Shown one piece after another: positions 41,692 to 51,166 of a stretch of DNA of 64,000 nt; positions within the stretch are counted from its first letter, which is position 1, and every line of letters starts with the position of its first letter. The notes under the pieces are model-generated. The model was not told where the DNA came from. It saw only the letters and a program-made list of their open reading frames with translations, and did not search any database. Made by a program: the position numbers and the translations under genes. This stretch comes from Candidatus Thorarchaeota archaeon. GTDB taxonomy: Archaea > Asgardarchaeota > Thorarchaeia > Thorarchaeales > Thorarchaeaceae. The stretch covers positions 32,001 to 96,000 of the forward strand of contig JBHLQH010000007.1 in assembly GCA_048884965.1 (NCBI GenBank). Reading direction: 5' to 3'.

Positions 41692-41799
41692 GCTCCGGTA
41701 GATACTTGATGGATTTCCTCAAGTAACCGAGTGTAGTCCGGCCCAGCATGGGGGACTCTCGATCCCCCGACCCGGGTTCGAATCCCGGCCGGAGCACCA
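41692..41799 (+). tRNA. tRNA-Glu(CTC) with 30-nt non-canonical intron at 10/11 (intron 41702-41731); CCA encoded
   Basis: Acceptor GCTCCGG/CCGGAGC, anticodon arm GGGGA-CTCTCGA-TCCCC, T-arm CCGGG-TTCGAAT-CCCGG; BHB helix CGGT/ACCG. Confidence 0.9.
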
Positions 41800-41807
41800 T
41801 TAACTTT

Positions 41808-43805
41808 CTATTTTGTGACAGATTTCCGTTTGAGCACGGGAACAATTGGTATCCCAAGCGAGCTGCCTAATCCAAGAATTAGTGGGTACATTCCTACCCC
41901 TTCTGTCGAGTTCATATCTATCGGTGTGATAATGATATGAAAAATGCACGAGTATGACTCAATGCCATTTGTCGCTGGTATGTGACAAAAGAGAGAATGA
42001 AGCCCTGAGAGTTCAGGCAAAGGTAGTTCCATCTGTACTATTCCATCAACTCCTGCTATTGCGGAAAAGTTCTTGGAATTCCAAAGGAAATGTGTCAAAA
42101 TACCACCAAGATTTGTTCCATTAAGACCCTGAACCTGCAATCTTACATGAATTGACCCAAAAACATGATCAACATCATAACTAAAATGACTAATGTGAAC
42201 CGGAATTTTATTGCTAACCACAATGGAGAAGGATTGAGAAGCTGATAGCTCGAAAAAGTATTTGCTTCCGTCATAATATATATGAATTCTATAAATGCCT
42301 TCCATATCTGGAACCGTAATTTCGAAGGTGGCAACTCCAAATTGATTGGTTGTGAGTGATGAATTTCCAAACATAGTTGGCATCGAATAGGAAACCATCC
42401 TATCTGTCAAATTTCCAAACTGATTTGACAATTGCAGCTGGATGCGTACCACTTGATTTGGAGATGCGAATCCTAAAATGTTTGATGAGATGATTTGGAT
42501 TCTGGAAGCACTCCAAACTCCAACAATCAAAGTGGTATTCTTCCCAGAAGATATGTAGTCATTCTCAGCAATAATCTGAATTGTTCTATTCCCGATATCA
42601 CCAATAATTGGAAAAGATAGGGAAATCTCGGTTTCCCAGAAAGTTTCCACAAAGGTCGAATAGTTACTCTCCTTATCGATAACATACACAGTTGTATATG
42701 GTATCGGTCGTGAGAAAAGATCATAGAGAATAACGGTAACAGACATGGTGGTATTAATGGTCACCATTGTTGGAACTTGGGCTTCAAGAAACGCAACTGT
42801 TTCGATAACGAATTCTGATTCCAAACGCGTTTCTTGATATCTTTGGGTTCCAAAATACTGAATTTCGAGTGTATGTAATCCTATTGAATGAGATTCATTG
42901 AAGTGAATCTTGTATTCTGCAAAACCTGTAGAATTTGTGAATGTGGTATAGCAAAGGTTGCCATCTATCAAAAGGTCAAGTCGAACATTAGATAGAGCTC
43001 CTTCTTCTGAAACAGCTTTGACTGAGAAAGAAGCTGTTTGGTTAAGTGAGATTGTATCAATTATCTCAGTAGCTGGAGAGATGGAAGTTGAAAGTTTCTG
43101 GACTTCTATGATGAAGGAATTGCTGCTACCTCGATGAAAAAGAGTTACATTTCCTTCGTAGATGACTTCTATTGTGTGAGCACCAATACCAATAGAAGCA
43201 TTTTCGATGTTGACAACGATTGTTGCATAACCTGTGGAATTTGTAGTTGTACTAGTTAGTAATGATGAATCACAGAATATCTTGAGTGAAGCATTCTCAA
43301 TAGGATTCTGAATATCATCAGACAAACGAATTGAAAATACAAGATTGTCATCTGGAGCTAAATTGGTTTGTACAGGCAGTAGTTCCAGGTAACTAAATGA
43401 AGTTACAAGAAAGGAAATCCATTGACAGGAGGGAGCTAATGAAAGAGTTTCATTTCCTCTATATGTAACATTGACTAATGTATAGCCTAAAGGATGTGTT
43501 ATTGGGAATTCGTACTCAATGGAGGCAATTCCAAGTTCATTTGTAATTGCTGTTCCTATGAACACATCATATGTTTGATCGAAGAACTCTATTATCTGGT
43601 ACTGTACAGGTTCTCCAAAAGTCCCATTTGCGAGAAGTGTGGCTGCTATTTGAAAGGACTCTCCTCTGGATACTGTTATCTCAGCAGCAGCACCCACTGG
43701 ATATGAAAAGAATACAATGAAAAGACAAATCCCAAGCGCACCAAAAGCAATATGTTTGAATCTATGTTGCTTTGCGATTTGCGTCATTCTCGAATTTGGC
43801 AACAT
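41808..43805 (-). CDS. Membrane-anchored surface protein with Ig-like (Big-type) repeats
   Basis: Signal peptide, repeats of TNxxG.A...G.HTI...Y.G, C-terminal hydrophobic segment plus basic tail. Confidence 0.85.
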   Translation of the reverse strand: MLPNSRMTQIAKQHRFKHIAFGALGICLFIVFFSYPVGAAAEITVSRGESFQIAATLLANGTFGEPVQYQIIEFFDQTYDVFIGTAITNELGIASIEYEFPITHPLGYTLVNVTYRGNETLSLAPSCQWISFLVTSFSYLELLPVQTNLAPDDNLVFSIRLSDDIQNPIENASLKIFCDSSLLTSTTTNSTGYATIVVNIENASIGIGAHTIEVIYEGNVTLFHRGSSNSFIIEVQKLSTSISPATEIIDTISLNQTASFSVKAVSEEGALSNVRLDLLIDGNLCYTTFTNSTGFAEYKIHFNESHSIGLHTLEIQYFGTQRYQETRLESEFVIETVAFLEAQVPTMVTINTTMSVTVILYDLFSRPIPYTTVYVIDKESNYSTFVETFWETEISLSFPIIGDIGNRTIQIIAENDYISSGKNTTLIVGVWSASRIQIISSNILGFASPNQVVRIQLQLSNQFGNLTDRMVSYSMPTMFGNSSLTTNQFGVATFEITVPDMEGIYRIHIYYDGSKYFFELSASQSFSIVVSNKIPVHISHFSYDVDHVFGSIHVRLQVQGLNGTNLGGILTHFLWNSKNFSAIAGVDGIVQMELPLPELSGLHSLFCHIPATNGIESYSCIFHIIITPIDMNSTEGVGMYPLILGLGSSLGIPIVPVLKRKSVTK

Positions 43806-44006
43806 ATTGACCTCTCAACCTTTGGATGACCAGAAAGGAAAATGATATTCTATTCTGACTATGCATGAATGTTAATTTGTTTGGCTTTTAATCTCCTATA
43901 GACTGGAGTGCAAGAAACATGGGTAGTTCTTATGCAATAATAATAGATGAATAGATACAGGGCAAAGTAGCCTTGGAATCCAACTCTGGCAAGAGGGAGA
44001 TCATGA

Positions 44007-47000
44007 ATGGTAAAGGATGATTCAGGATTCAGATTCTCAGTACACCTGCACTCTAGAAACTTGACTAGAGTAATTTGGGTTATGACCCTTTTGCTTTGCA
44101 GTGCCTATATCTTGGGTGTGTATATTTTGCCTTTCTTTGGACTTGTCAGGTCTGAGATTATATCAAATAGATTCCTAATCGAACTTGTTGTTTGCTCGCT
44201 CCCGGTACTTTCGGGAGCTGTTCTGACCTACATACAAATGGATGAAGTGTCACCATCGGTCATAATGGATGATGAGTTCATGATCTTGTCTTTAGAGGGA
44301 AGGCATGTTGGAACTATTTGTCTAAAGATTACATCTGTTTCTGGATCTTTATTGTGGAATGATGAAGCAATACGATATAATACAGCACCCCTATTAGCGA
44401 TACGAGCAGGAATAAAAGAAGGCGTTGATTACGCGTTTCAATATGGTGTTCAATCTGGAGAACCTTTCCTTCATGTATTCATATCAATGTCATCTACCAA
44501 TGTGACCTCTATGAAGGAGATACTGAAGAGAGAAGCAACAAGAGCTGAGGCAATACTACTATCTTCTTTAGAAAATGTCAGTGTTCGTCTATTACAAAAA
44601 GATGAACTTGTGTCAAGTGTCAATCTATCGGATATAATCCAAGTTAGAGAAGATGGAAAGATAGCTATAGATAAGGATAGCACAGGTACTCTTTTGATTA
44701 TCAATGGCATCCCAAAAGTCACACCAACTGAGACTTCCTCTCAGGTTGGGACGTTCATATCAACATCACTGCGACAAGGCTATTCTCTGTCCCTAACTTG
44801 TGTTTTTTCCAAAACCAATCCGGGAAAAGAAAAAAGAAGGTTGGAACGCAAATGGAGAAGGATAAAATCGAAAGAGAAACGAAATGAAGACTCCCTTTCT
44901 GATCAAGCAATGAAAAGGACATTGCTTAGCGAGTTTGAAGAGATAAACACGAATTCTGCTTGGTTTGAGTCATCGGTATATGTAGTCATCAATCATGATA
45001 CTCCAGTCGAGGGAGTAAAAGGCTTGATACACTCAATTTGGAGTGGAGATGACAGTCTATCGATAAAAGAAACTCAACTAAGTCAGTTAGTTAAATACCG
45101 ACTTGTCATGAAAAGACATCTGAAGGGACAAAGAATACATGTGAATAGACTAGTTGCATATGTTAATACCCCAGTTCAGCACTTGCCAGTTGTTAGTGCA
45201 ATGGGAATACCGGAATTTCAAATTCCATCCACCGATATTGTTGAAAATGAGTTGGAGATTGGTTGGGCAGTATACGGAAATCGGCGTTTAAGCAAAGTGG
45301 GATTGAAACCCGAGTGGCTAAGAGAGCATATGGCGGTCTTAGGAGCTACTGGTACCGGAAAAACAACCTTGGTAAAGAAATTGATGTCAGAAATCACAAT
45401 AAAGACTGCTGTCCCTTGGTGGATATTTGATGTCAAGGGATCGGAGTACTCTGATTTGTCCAAATTCGATGATATTGTTGTTCTACGACCCGGTCTTGAC
45501 CCTACATTTGTTATAGATTTAATCGAAAGGAGGAATTTCGACAATAACCGAGCCCACTCTACATTTTCATTGCTGCGAGAATTGATTCAAGAGAACAGCA
45601 CTTCTGAATTATCTCCTGCAATGGAGAAGCTTCTTCGAGAAGCCGTTCTCTCGCTGGCGAATGAAAATGATATGGGATATGGAGCTAGTGCACTTGTTGA
45701 TAGAATTCAAGAGATTTCAGGAAATGACCGAGTCAGTCAGATGACAAGAGATGCACTGCTGAACCGACTTGAAATCCTGACTAGGGAACCTCTTGGATCC
45801 ATTTTAGCTGGAGGTGCCGATTCGTTCAGGATTTCAGAGCTGCTTAGTTCAAGGGTGGTATTCGATTTGAGGTATGTTTCGCAAATCGGAGGGATGGATG
45901 CCGCTCGACTTCTTTACAACCTTGTAGCAAAACGAATCTTCGATGCCTCTATGCGAAGAGGAATCTCCTCTGGCTTGCATCATCTTGTCGTGTTAGAAGA
46001 AGCCAGCAATCTTGTGCCCGAAAGCTACACTAGGCACTCTGCTGCTGATGTTACGACTGGTGAATCTATGGTCATGCTCCAACGTGCTACTGGTCAGGGT
46101 GTTATTGTGATTTCAACTAGACCAAATATATCTTCGAATATTCTAGCCAATACCTCAACAAAAGCCACCTTCAGACTTCCGTATGATAGCACCGTTGGAG
46201 GTAGATTCATGTCTGTTGATGCAAACCAGGAGCAGTACCTGCGTACTATGCAGGTAGGAAGAGCTTTGATTTTATTACCCAATGTCAATACATTTGAAAT
46301 CGAAACGGAACCCTTCGATATATCTGAATATTTACCATCAAGAACATCTTCACATACTAAAGGAAGTGCTGAAGAAACAGAAATAAAAGATGCATCAGTA
46401 GATAGCAAAAGTGAGATATCAACTGAAGAAATCAAAGACCCTTCATCGAGTCATCTAAGTCCAGTTTTTGATAGAATCGGTGAACTAGCAAATCACATTA
46501 TAGCTCTATTAGCATCTAGAGAGATTACTACCCATGAAGATATTCGTGAATTTTTGCTAAGCCTTGATGCCAGATTGACTGATGATGATGTGAATGATAT
46601 TCTCAGAGATTTGGTTTCGTTATCGTCCATCCAGAGAGAAGCCATTCCTCTTGTTGCTGGAGGTTTTATCTACTCACCTGTAGGTAAAGGCTTGCAGGCA
46701 GTTAAGAGAGTGATTATTGATTATCTTGTAGATAGATTGGAGAACGTGGACCAAATGAATGGCGAGAATGAATTAGGTCCCGATTTATTTGTCAATGAAA
46801 CTGCGATTATTATCATTCCGGAGATGCTTAAGGCATCCACTTTTGAAGGGATTATCGAGAGGATAAGACATCAGATGAACGTCCTGCGAAATGGAGTATC
46901 GAATCTTATTGTGATTGTAAGAGGGAGTGTTGCTGCAGCAAAACTGCGTGAAATAGTCGATGGATCTGAAGAGTTTGATGCAGTTTCTGTAGTATCAGCC

Positions 47001-47723
47001 TTTCCAAGTTCATTGTCTAAACTTGTTGAAGGATTGGCAAAATATAGAGCGAAAACAGAAAAGCTTGGATTATCAGCTGGAGACCCTGAAGCTGTTCAAG
47101 CTAGCTTGCTCGAGGCTGTTCATGATATTGGATCAGCTTCTAGCAGAGCTGTTCAAATGCGACTATGGTTTGGTTTGATTCAAGACTTTGTAGACCTGTC
47201 GAAAGGGTGTGTTTCATGGGAATCCATCCTTGAGTTTATTGATACAACCGCTATCCAATCAAAGAAAGGGAGAAGCGCACCTCTTAATGTAGAAGAAGGA
47301 AAAAGAGCACTTACAGAATTGTTGGCTGATGAGATGTTGGTTGCTGTACGAATTGGCTCTAAAGATAGTCTTGTGGAATTGGAAGAGGGATTGTGGATAG
47401 TAAACGCAATAGTTCTTGATGACTTGAAGGCCAAGGCCATTAGTCAACTGAAAAGCGAACTGGAAAAACGGTACGATGTTGTGTTTCAAGGTCATGGATA
47501 CTACGATATTTGTGCTGATAAGAGATCTTATGTTGTTTTTCCAACTCAACAAGAACTGAGCACATTGATTCGATTACATAGTGACGTTGCATGTAGGAAC
47601 TGCGAATCGAATGAAGTAATCTGTATTCTAACGGCTGCCGAATACTTAGAGGATTCGATAGTTACACCTTCAAATCTGATAATGCGAACGATGGATGAAG
47701 GACTTACATCAGTTTTTATCTAA
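44007..47723 (+). CDS. Large membrane-anchored HerA/FtsK/VirB4-superfamily ATPase (DUF87-like)
   Basis: Two N-terminal TM segments, HMAVLGATGTGKT, IFDVKGSEY, VVLEEA, ILANTST; long C-terminal extension. Confidence 0.82.
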   Translation: MVKDDSGFRFSVHLHSRNLTRVIWVMTLLLCSAYILGVYILPFFGLVRSEIISNRFLIELVVCSLPVLSGAVLTYIQMDEVSPSVIMDDEFMILSLEGRHVGTICLKITSVSGSLLWNDEAIRYNTAPLLAIRAGIKEGVDYAFQYGVQSGEPFLHVFISMSSTNVTSMKEILKREATRAEAILLSSLENVSVRLLQKDELVSSVNLSDIIQVREDGKIAIDKDSTGTLLIINGIPKVTPTETSSQVGTFISTSLRQGYSLSLTCVFSKTNPGKEKRRLERKWRRIKSKEKRNEDSLSDQAMKRTLLSEFEEINTNSAWFESSVYVVINHDTPVEGVKGLIHSIWSGDDSLSIKETQLSQLVKYRLVMKRHLKGQRIHVNRLVAYVNTPVQHLPVVSAMGIPEFQIPSTDIVENELEIGWAVYGNRRLSKVGLKPEWLREHMAVLGATGTGKTTLVKKLMSEITIKTAVPWWIFDVKGSEYSDLSKFDDIVVLRPGLDPTFVIDLIERRNFDNNRAHSTFSLLRELIQENSTSELSPAMEKLLREAVLSLANENDMGYGASALVDRIQEISGNDRVSQMTRDALLNRLEILTREPLGSILAGGADSFRISELLSSRVVFDLRYVSQIGGMDAARLLYNLVAKRIFDASMRRGISSGLHHLVVLEEASNLVPESYTRHSAADVTTGESMVMLQRATGQGVIVISTRPNISSNILANTSTKATFRLPYDSTVGGRFMSVDANQEQYLRTMQVGRALILLPNVNTFEIETEPFDISEYLPSRTSSHTKGSAEETEIKDASVDSKSEISTEEIKDPSSSHLSPVFDRIGELANHIIALLASREITTHEDIREFLLSLDARLTDDDVNDILRDLVSLSSIQREAIPLVAGGFIYSPVGKGLQAVKRVIIDYLVDRLENVDQMNGENELGPDLFVNETAIIIIPEMLKASTFEGIIERIRHQMNVLRNGVSNLIVIVRGSVAAAKLREIVDGSEEFDAVSVVSAFPSSLSKLVEGLAKYRAKTEKLGLSAGDPEAVQASLLEAVHDIGSASSRAVQMRLWFGLIQDFVDLSKGCVSWESILEFIDTTAIQSKKGRSAPLNVEEGKRALTELLADEMLVAVRIGSKDSLVELEEGLWIVNAIVLDDLKAKAISQLKSELEKRYDVVFQGHGYYDICADKRSYVVFPTQQELSTLIRLHSDVACRNCESNEVICILTAAEYLEDSIVTPSNLIMRTMDEGLTSVFI

Positions 47724-48565
47724 GGAGCAATCTTCGTACAGAGTACTGATTCTCCTTTTAGTAAATCCTCTAGTCGACCAGGAATATTCAGATTGAATAT
47801 TGTTGTTTCAGTTCCTAAACCCGACAAGGCTAGTAGGTCAATAACCTTCTTTGCCATTCCACCTGTGACATCAGTTGCACTTGATGGTCCTACTGCTTTG
47901 AGAACCGATTCCTTGTTTAGTTGGTTAATCACTGGAATTACTCTGGCGTGTGGATTGATACTTGGATTGCTATCCAGTACTCCATCTACATCGGTCCCTA
48001 TTAGAATCTCCTTGATTTTCAATTCTTTTGCTAGATAAGCCATAATCGTATCGCCACTTAGAATTGCTGCACCAAAATGACTGTCGAAACATACGTCACC
48101 ATGTGTTATTACATTGTGACCTGAATCTATCGTTCTTTGTATTGATTCAAGGGAAAACGATGCGATTTGCTTATTCTCCAGAAACGAAATGGAAAAGGGT
48201 GAGATAACGACTGATGACAGACCCTCCTGATTGAAGAGGGTTTCAATACCAAATGCTAATTCATTCATGTTATGTCTGATTTTTGGAATACCCGCAAGTA
48301 GTCTATTGATTGGAGTATCTGATTCTCCATATCCATAGCTGTATGCTGCTTGGTGACCATGGGCGCCACCTCCAAGAACAATGATCAATGGAGAAGTAGC
48401 GATTTGTAGCTCTTTTGCAATTCTGTTTACTGTATCATTATTTATCCGAGGAGGCGTTTCATGCTTATTGGTAATGACCGACCCTCCGAGTTTGAGAAGA
48501 ATTATATCTTTCACATCGCACACCCTTCTTACTTGTGAATTCGGTTTACTTATGGAAGTTATCAT
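47720..48565 (-). CDS. ipk: Isopentenyl phosphate kinase
   Basis: LKLGGSVITNK, GGGAHGH, HGD, ILSGD, DVTGGM..K. Confidence 0.9.
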   Translation of the reverse strand: MITSISKPNSQVRRVCDVKDIILLKLGGSVITNKHETPPRINNDTVNRIAKELQIATSPLIIVLGGGAHGHQAAYSYGYGESDTPINRLLAGIPKIRHNMNELAFGIETLFNQEGLSSVVISPFSISFLENKQIASFSLESIQRTIDSGHNVITHGDVCFDSHFGAAILSGDTIMAYLAKELKIKEILIGTDVDGVLDSNPSINPHARVIPVINQLNKESVLKAVGPSSATDVTGGMAKKVIDLLALSGLGTETTIFNLNIPGRLEDLLKGESVLCTKIAP

Positions 48566-48655
48566 GATATGAAAATGTCACACATAAGACAAGCTTTTTA
48601 TCGGAACCACATTCCGTTGAGATGAACACCTGCCAAACCGGAGCGGGATATCGAT

Positions 48656-48967
48656 ATGACTCAAAGAGCAAGAATCAGACTATCAAGCACTAGTACCGAA
48701 CATCTAGATGGAGTCTGTAATCAAATTAGGCGAATCACTCGAAAGACAGGTGTGAGAATGTCGGGACCGATTCCGCTTCCTACAAGAAGAATGGTAATTC
48801 CTACTCGTAAAACTCCTTGTGGACAAGGATCAGAGTCTTGGGATAAATGGGAGATGAGGGTCCATAAGCGCCTCATTGATATCGATGCGGATGAAAGAGC
48901 TATTAGACAGATAATGCGAGTCAGAATTCCTGATTCGGTCTATATCGAGATTGAGCTAACTGGATAA
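48656..48967 (+). CDS. rps10: 30S ribosomal protein S10 (uS10)
   Basis: [33 protein letters not shown]. Confidence 0.98.
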   Translation: MTQRARIRLSSTSTEHLDGVCNQIRRITRKTGVRMSGPIPLPTRRMVIPTRKTPCGQGSESWDKWEMRVHKRLIDIDADERAIRQIMRVRIPDSVYIEIELTG

Positions 48968-49042
48968 TCCGCAACAAAAACTCTTTCTTGATAGAGTTCT
49001 TCTGTAATTCCAATGTATCAGTGATTATGAGGAGCAATCTCT

Positions 49043-50866
49043 ATGTGTGGAATTATTGGCGTTGTGCAGGAAAGAGGAGAGGTCGCTTCCTTTATTCATC
49101 AAGCACTGAAACGTTTGGAATATAGAGGGTATGATTCTGTAGGAATCACAACAATCAAATCAGATCAGCTATTCACAAAGAAAGACAAAGGAAAAATCGA
49201 TGAAGTTCATCAAATGCTAAATTTGGATGATCTTCCAGGGAGTATTGGAATTGGTCATACTCGCTGGGCAACTCATGGTATCCCTTCAATGTATAACTCT
49301 CATCCTCATTTCGACTGCAAAAACGAAATTGCGGTTGTTCACAATGGAGTAATCGATAATTTCCTTGAATTACGTGAAATTCTTACTAAAAAAGGTCATA
49401 GCTTCGAGTCTGACACAGATACTGAAATACTACCACACCTTATTGAGGATTTCATGAATGAAGGGCAATCATTGAAAGATGCTCTGAAACAAGCTGCAAC
49501 ACTGATTGAAGGCACTTATGCAGTTGTAGCCATGAGCACACGCGAACCAGACAAGATGGTTGTTACCCGCGATGGAAACCCCTTAGTTATCGGCAGACAG
49601 GGAAATACAAGCTATGTTTCATCAGATATTCCTGCTTTCTTGCCAGTCACCAACAATATGATTCTTCTTCTTGATGGAGAGATTGCAACTCTCACTGTTG
49701 ATGGGATTTCAATAGAACGGCTTTCAGATGGAGAACAGGTCAATCGCGAAACAATCAAAATTAGTTGGACTGCAGACCAAGCTCAAAAGGCTGGATTTCC
49801 TCATTTCATGTTGAAGGAGATACATGAGCAACCAGAGGCTATCAGAAATACACTCAGACTACGACCGGAGATTTTACTTGAGGCTGCGAATATTCTTTCT
49901 GAATCGAATAATATCTTCTTCTTGGCAATGGGTACTTCTGGTCATGCTGCAATGGCAGGAAGACACATGTTCGCATCACTTGGGGGTGTACTTCCATCTT
50001 TTGAGTTAGCCAGTGATTTTCAGGATAGTGTCTATGATGTTATTTCAGAGGGGGATCTTGTTCTCACAATTACGCAATCTGGCGAAACGACTGATACTAT
50101 AGTTGCTGCAAAATATGCAAAGAAAAGAGGCGCAAAAATTCTAGCTATTACAAATGTTGTTGGAAGCTCAATAACTAGATTGGCTGATCATACAGTTATT
50201 ACTCAAGCGGGTCCTGAAATAGGAGTAGCAGCTACTAAGACATTTATGGTCCAGCTTACTTCATTGGCGCAAATAGCACTAGCTCTTGGGGATGTAAGGT
50301 CATTCAAGGATCCTGAAATCTTGGCTGAAAAGAGAAATGCACTTGAAGGTATACCAAGTATTGTTTCGAAGGTGATTGCCACAGAGGAGGAGTATGCAAG
50401 GCAAATTGCAGGAGTATACCATGCAAGTCCAAGTATGTTGTTTCTGGGTAGAGGGATTTCAATGGCTACAGCATATGAGGGTGCTCTAAAGCTGAAAGAA
50501 ATTGCATACAATCATGCAGAAGGGTATTCCGCTGGCGAATCGAAACATGGTCCAATCGCTCTGGTACAGGAAAATTATCCTGTAGTCTTTGTTGCACCAA
50601 GTGATGATACTCGAGCAAGGTTGATTGGGAATATCATGGAAATGAAAGCCAGAGGAGCATCAATCATCTCTGTTCTTGAGGAAAGTGACCAAGAAATACG
50701 ATCTCTTTCAAATCGGATATTCTCTATTCCAGATGGTGTTGAACCGGAATTCTCGGTCATGCCCTATATTGTACCATTGCAGCTGTTTAGTTATTATATG
50801 GCAACAAGGAAAGGATATGATCCCGACAAGCCTCGTAATCTTGCCAAGTCAGTTACAGTTCTTTGA
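49043..50866 (+). CDS. glmS: Glutamine-fructose-6-phosphate transaminase
   Basis: MCGIIG, LEYRGYDS, GHTRWATHG, QSGET, PRNLAKSVTV. Confidence 0.98.
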   Translation: MCGIIGVVQERGEVASFIHQALKRLEYRGYDSVGITTIKSDQLFTKKDKGKIDEVHQMLNLDDLPGSIGIGHTRWATHGIPSMYNSHPHFDCKNEIAVVHNGVIDNFLELREILTKKGHSFESDTDTEILPHLIEDFMNEGQSLKDALKQAATLIEGTYAVVAMSTREPDKMVVTRDGNPLVIGRQGNTSYVSSDIPAFLPVTNNMILLLDGEIATLTVDGISIERLSDGEQVNRETIKISWTADQAQKAGFPHFMLKEIHEQPEAIRNTLRLRPEILLEAANILSESNNIFFLAMGTSGHAAMAGRHMFASLGGVLPSFELASDFQDSVYDVISEGDLVLTITQSGETTDTIVAAKYAKKRGAKILAITNVVGSSITRLADHTVITQAGPEIGVAATKTFMVQLTSLAQIALALGDVRSFKDPEILAEKRNALEGIPSIVSKVIATEEEYARQIAGVYHASPSMLFLGRGISMATAYEGALKLKEIAYNHAEGYSAGESKHGPIALVQENYPVVFVAPSDDTRARLIGNIMEMKARGASIISVLEESDQEIRSLSNRIFSIPDGVEPEFSVMPYIVPLQLFSYYMATRKGYDPDKPRNLAKSVTVL

Positions 50867-50902
50867 GGGGCTTAAATTGGACATTAACTAACTAGTCAAT
50901 GT

Positions 50903-51163
50903 GTGAAACCAATGTTGCCATATATGCTTCAATCGCCATTGACGGATTTTGCTAACCTAATAGCTGGATACTTTGCGGAAATTTGGGAGTTCCTCGTCTT
51001 CATCGCAAGAATCTCTGCTGTAATAGTTGTATTAGTGGGAGCTATCCTATGGTTTACGGAAGTGAACTCCAAAAGAGGTAAGGGTCTCGTTTTCAGTGGA
51101 ATAATGCTAGCAATCGTAGTACAGTATTTTGTAATGTATCCACCAACGTTCATTCTCAGTTGA
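50903..51163 (+). CDS. Small two-TM protein, TrbC/VirB2 pilin-like pattern
   Basis: Amphipathic helix, TM (AVIVVLVGAILWF), basic loop KRGK, second TM. Confidence 0.55.
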   Translation: MKPMLPYMLQSPLTDFANLIAGYFAEIWEFLVFIARISAVIVVLVGAILWFTEVNSKRGKGLVFSGIMLAIVVQYFVMYPPTFILS

Positions 51164-51166
51164 GTA

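Noticed and set aside
41670-41698. Duplicate GCTCCGG 22 nt upstream of tRNA-Glu as a second intron or att site
   Set aside because: The only BHB-like register would give A8-C9 instead of U8-A9; no integrase nearby
34298-47723. Integrated mobile element bounded by tRNAs
   Set aside because: No integrase, no duplicated tRNA 3' end, and core genes (rpo8, korA) lie inside
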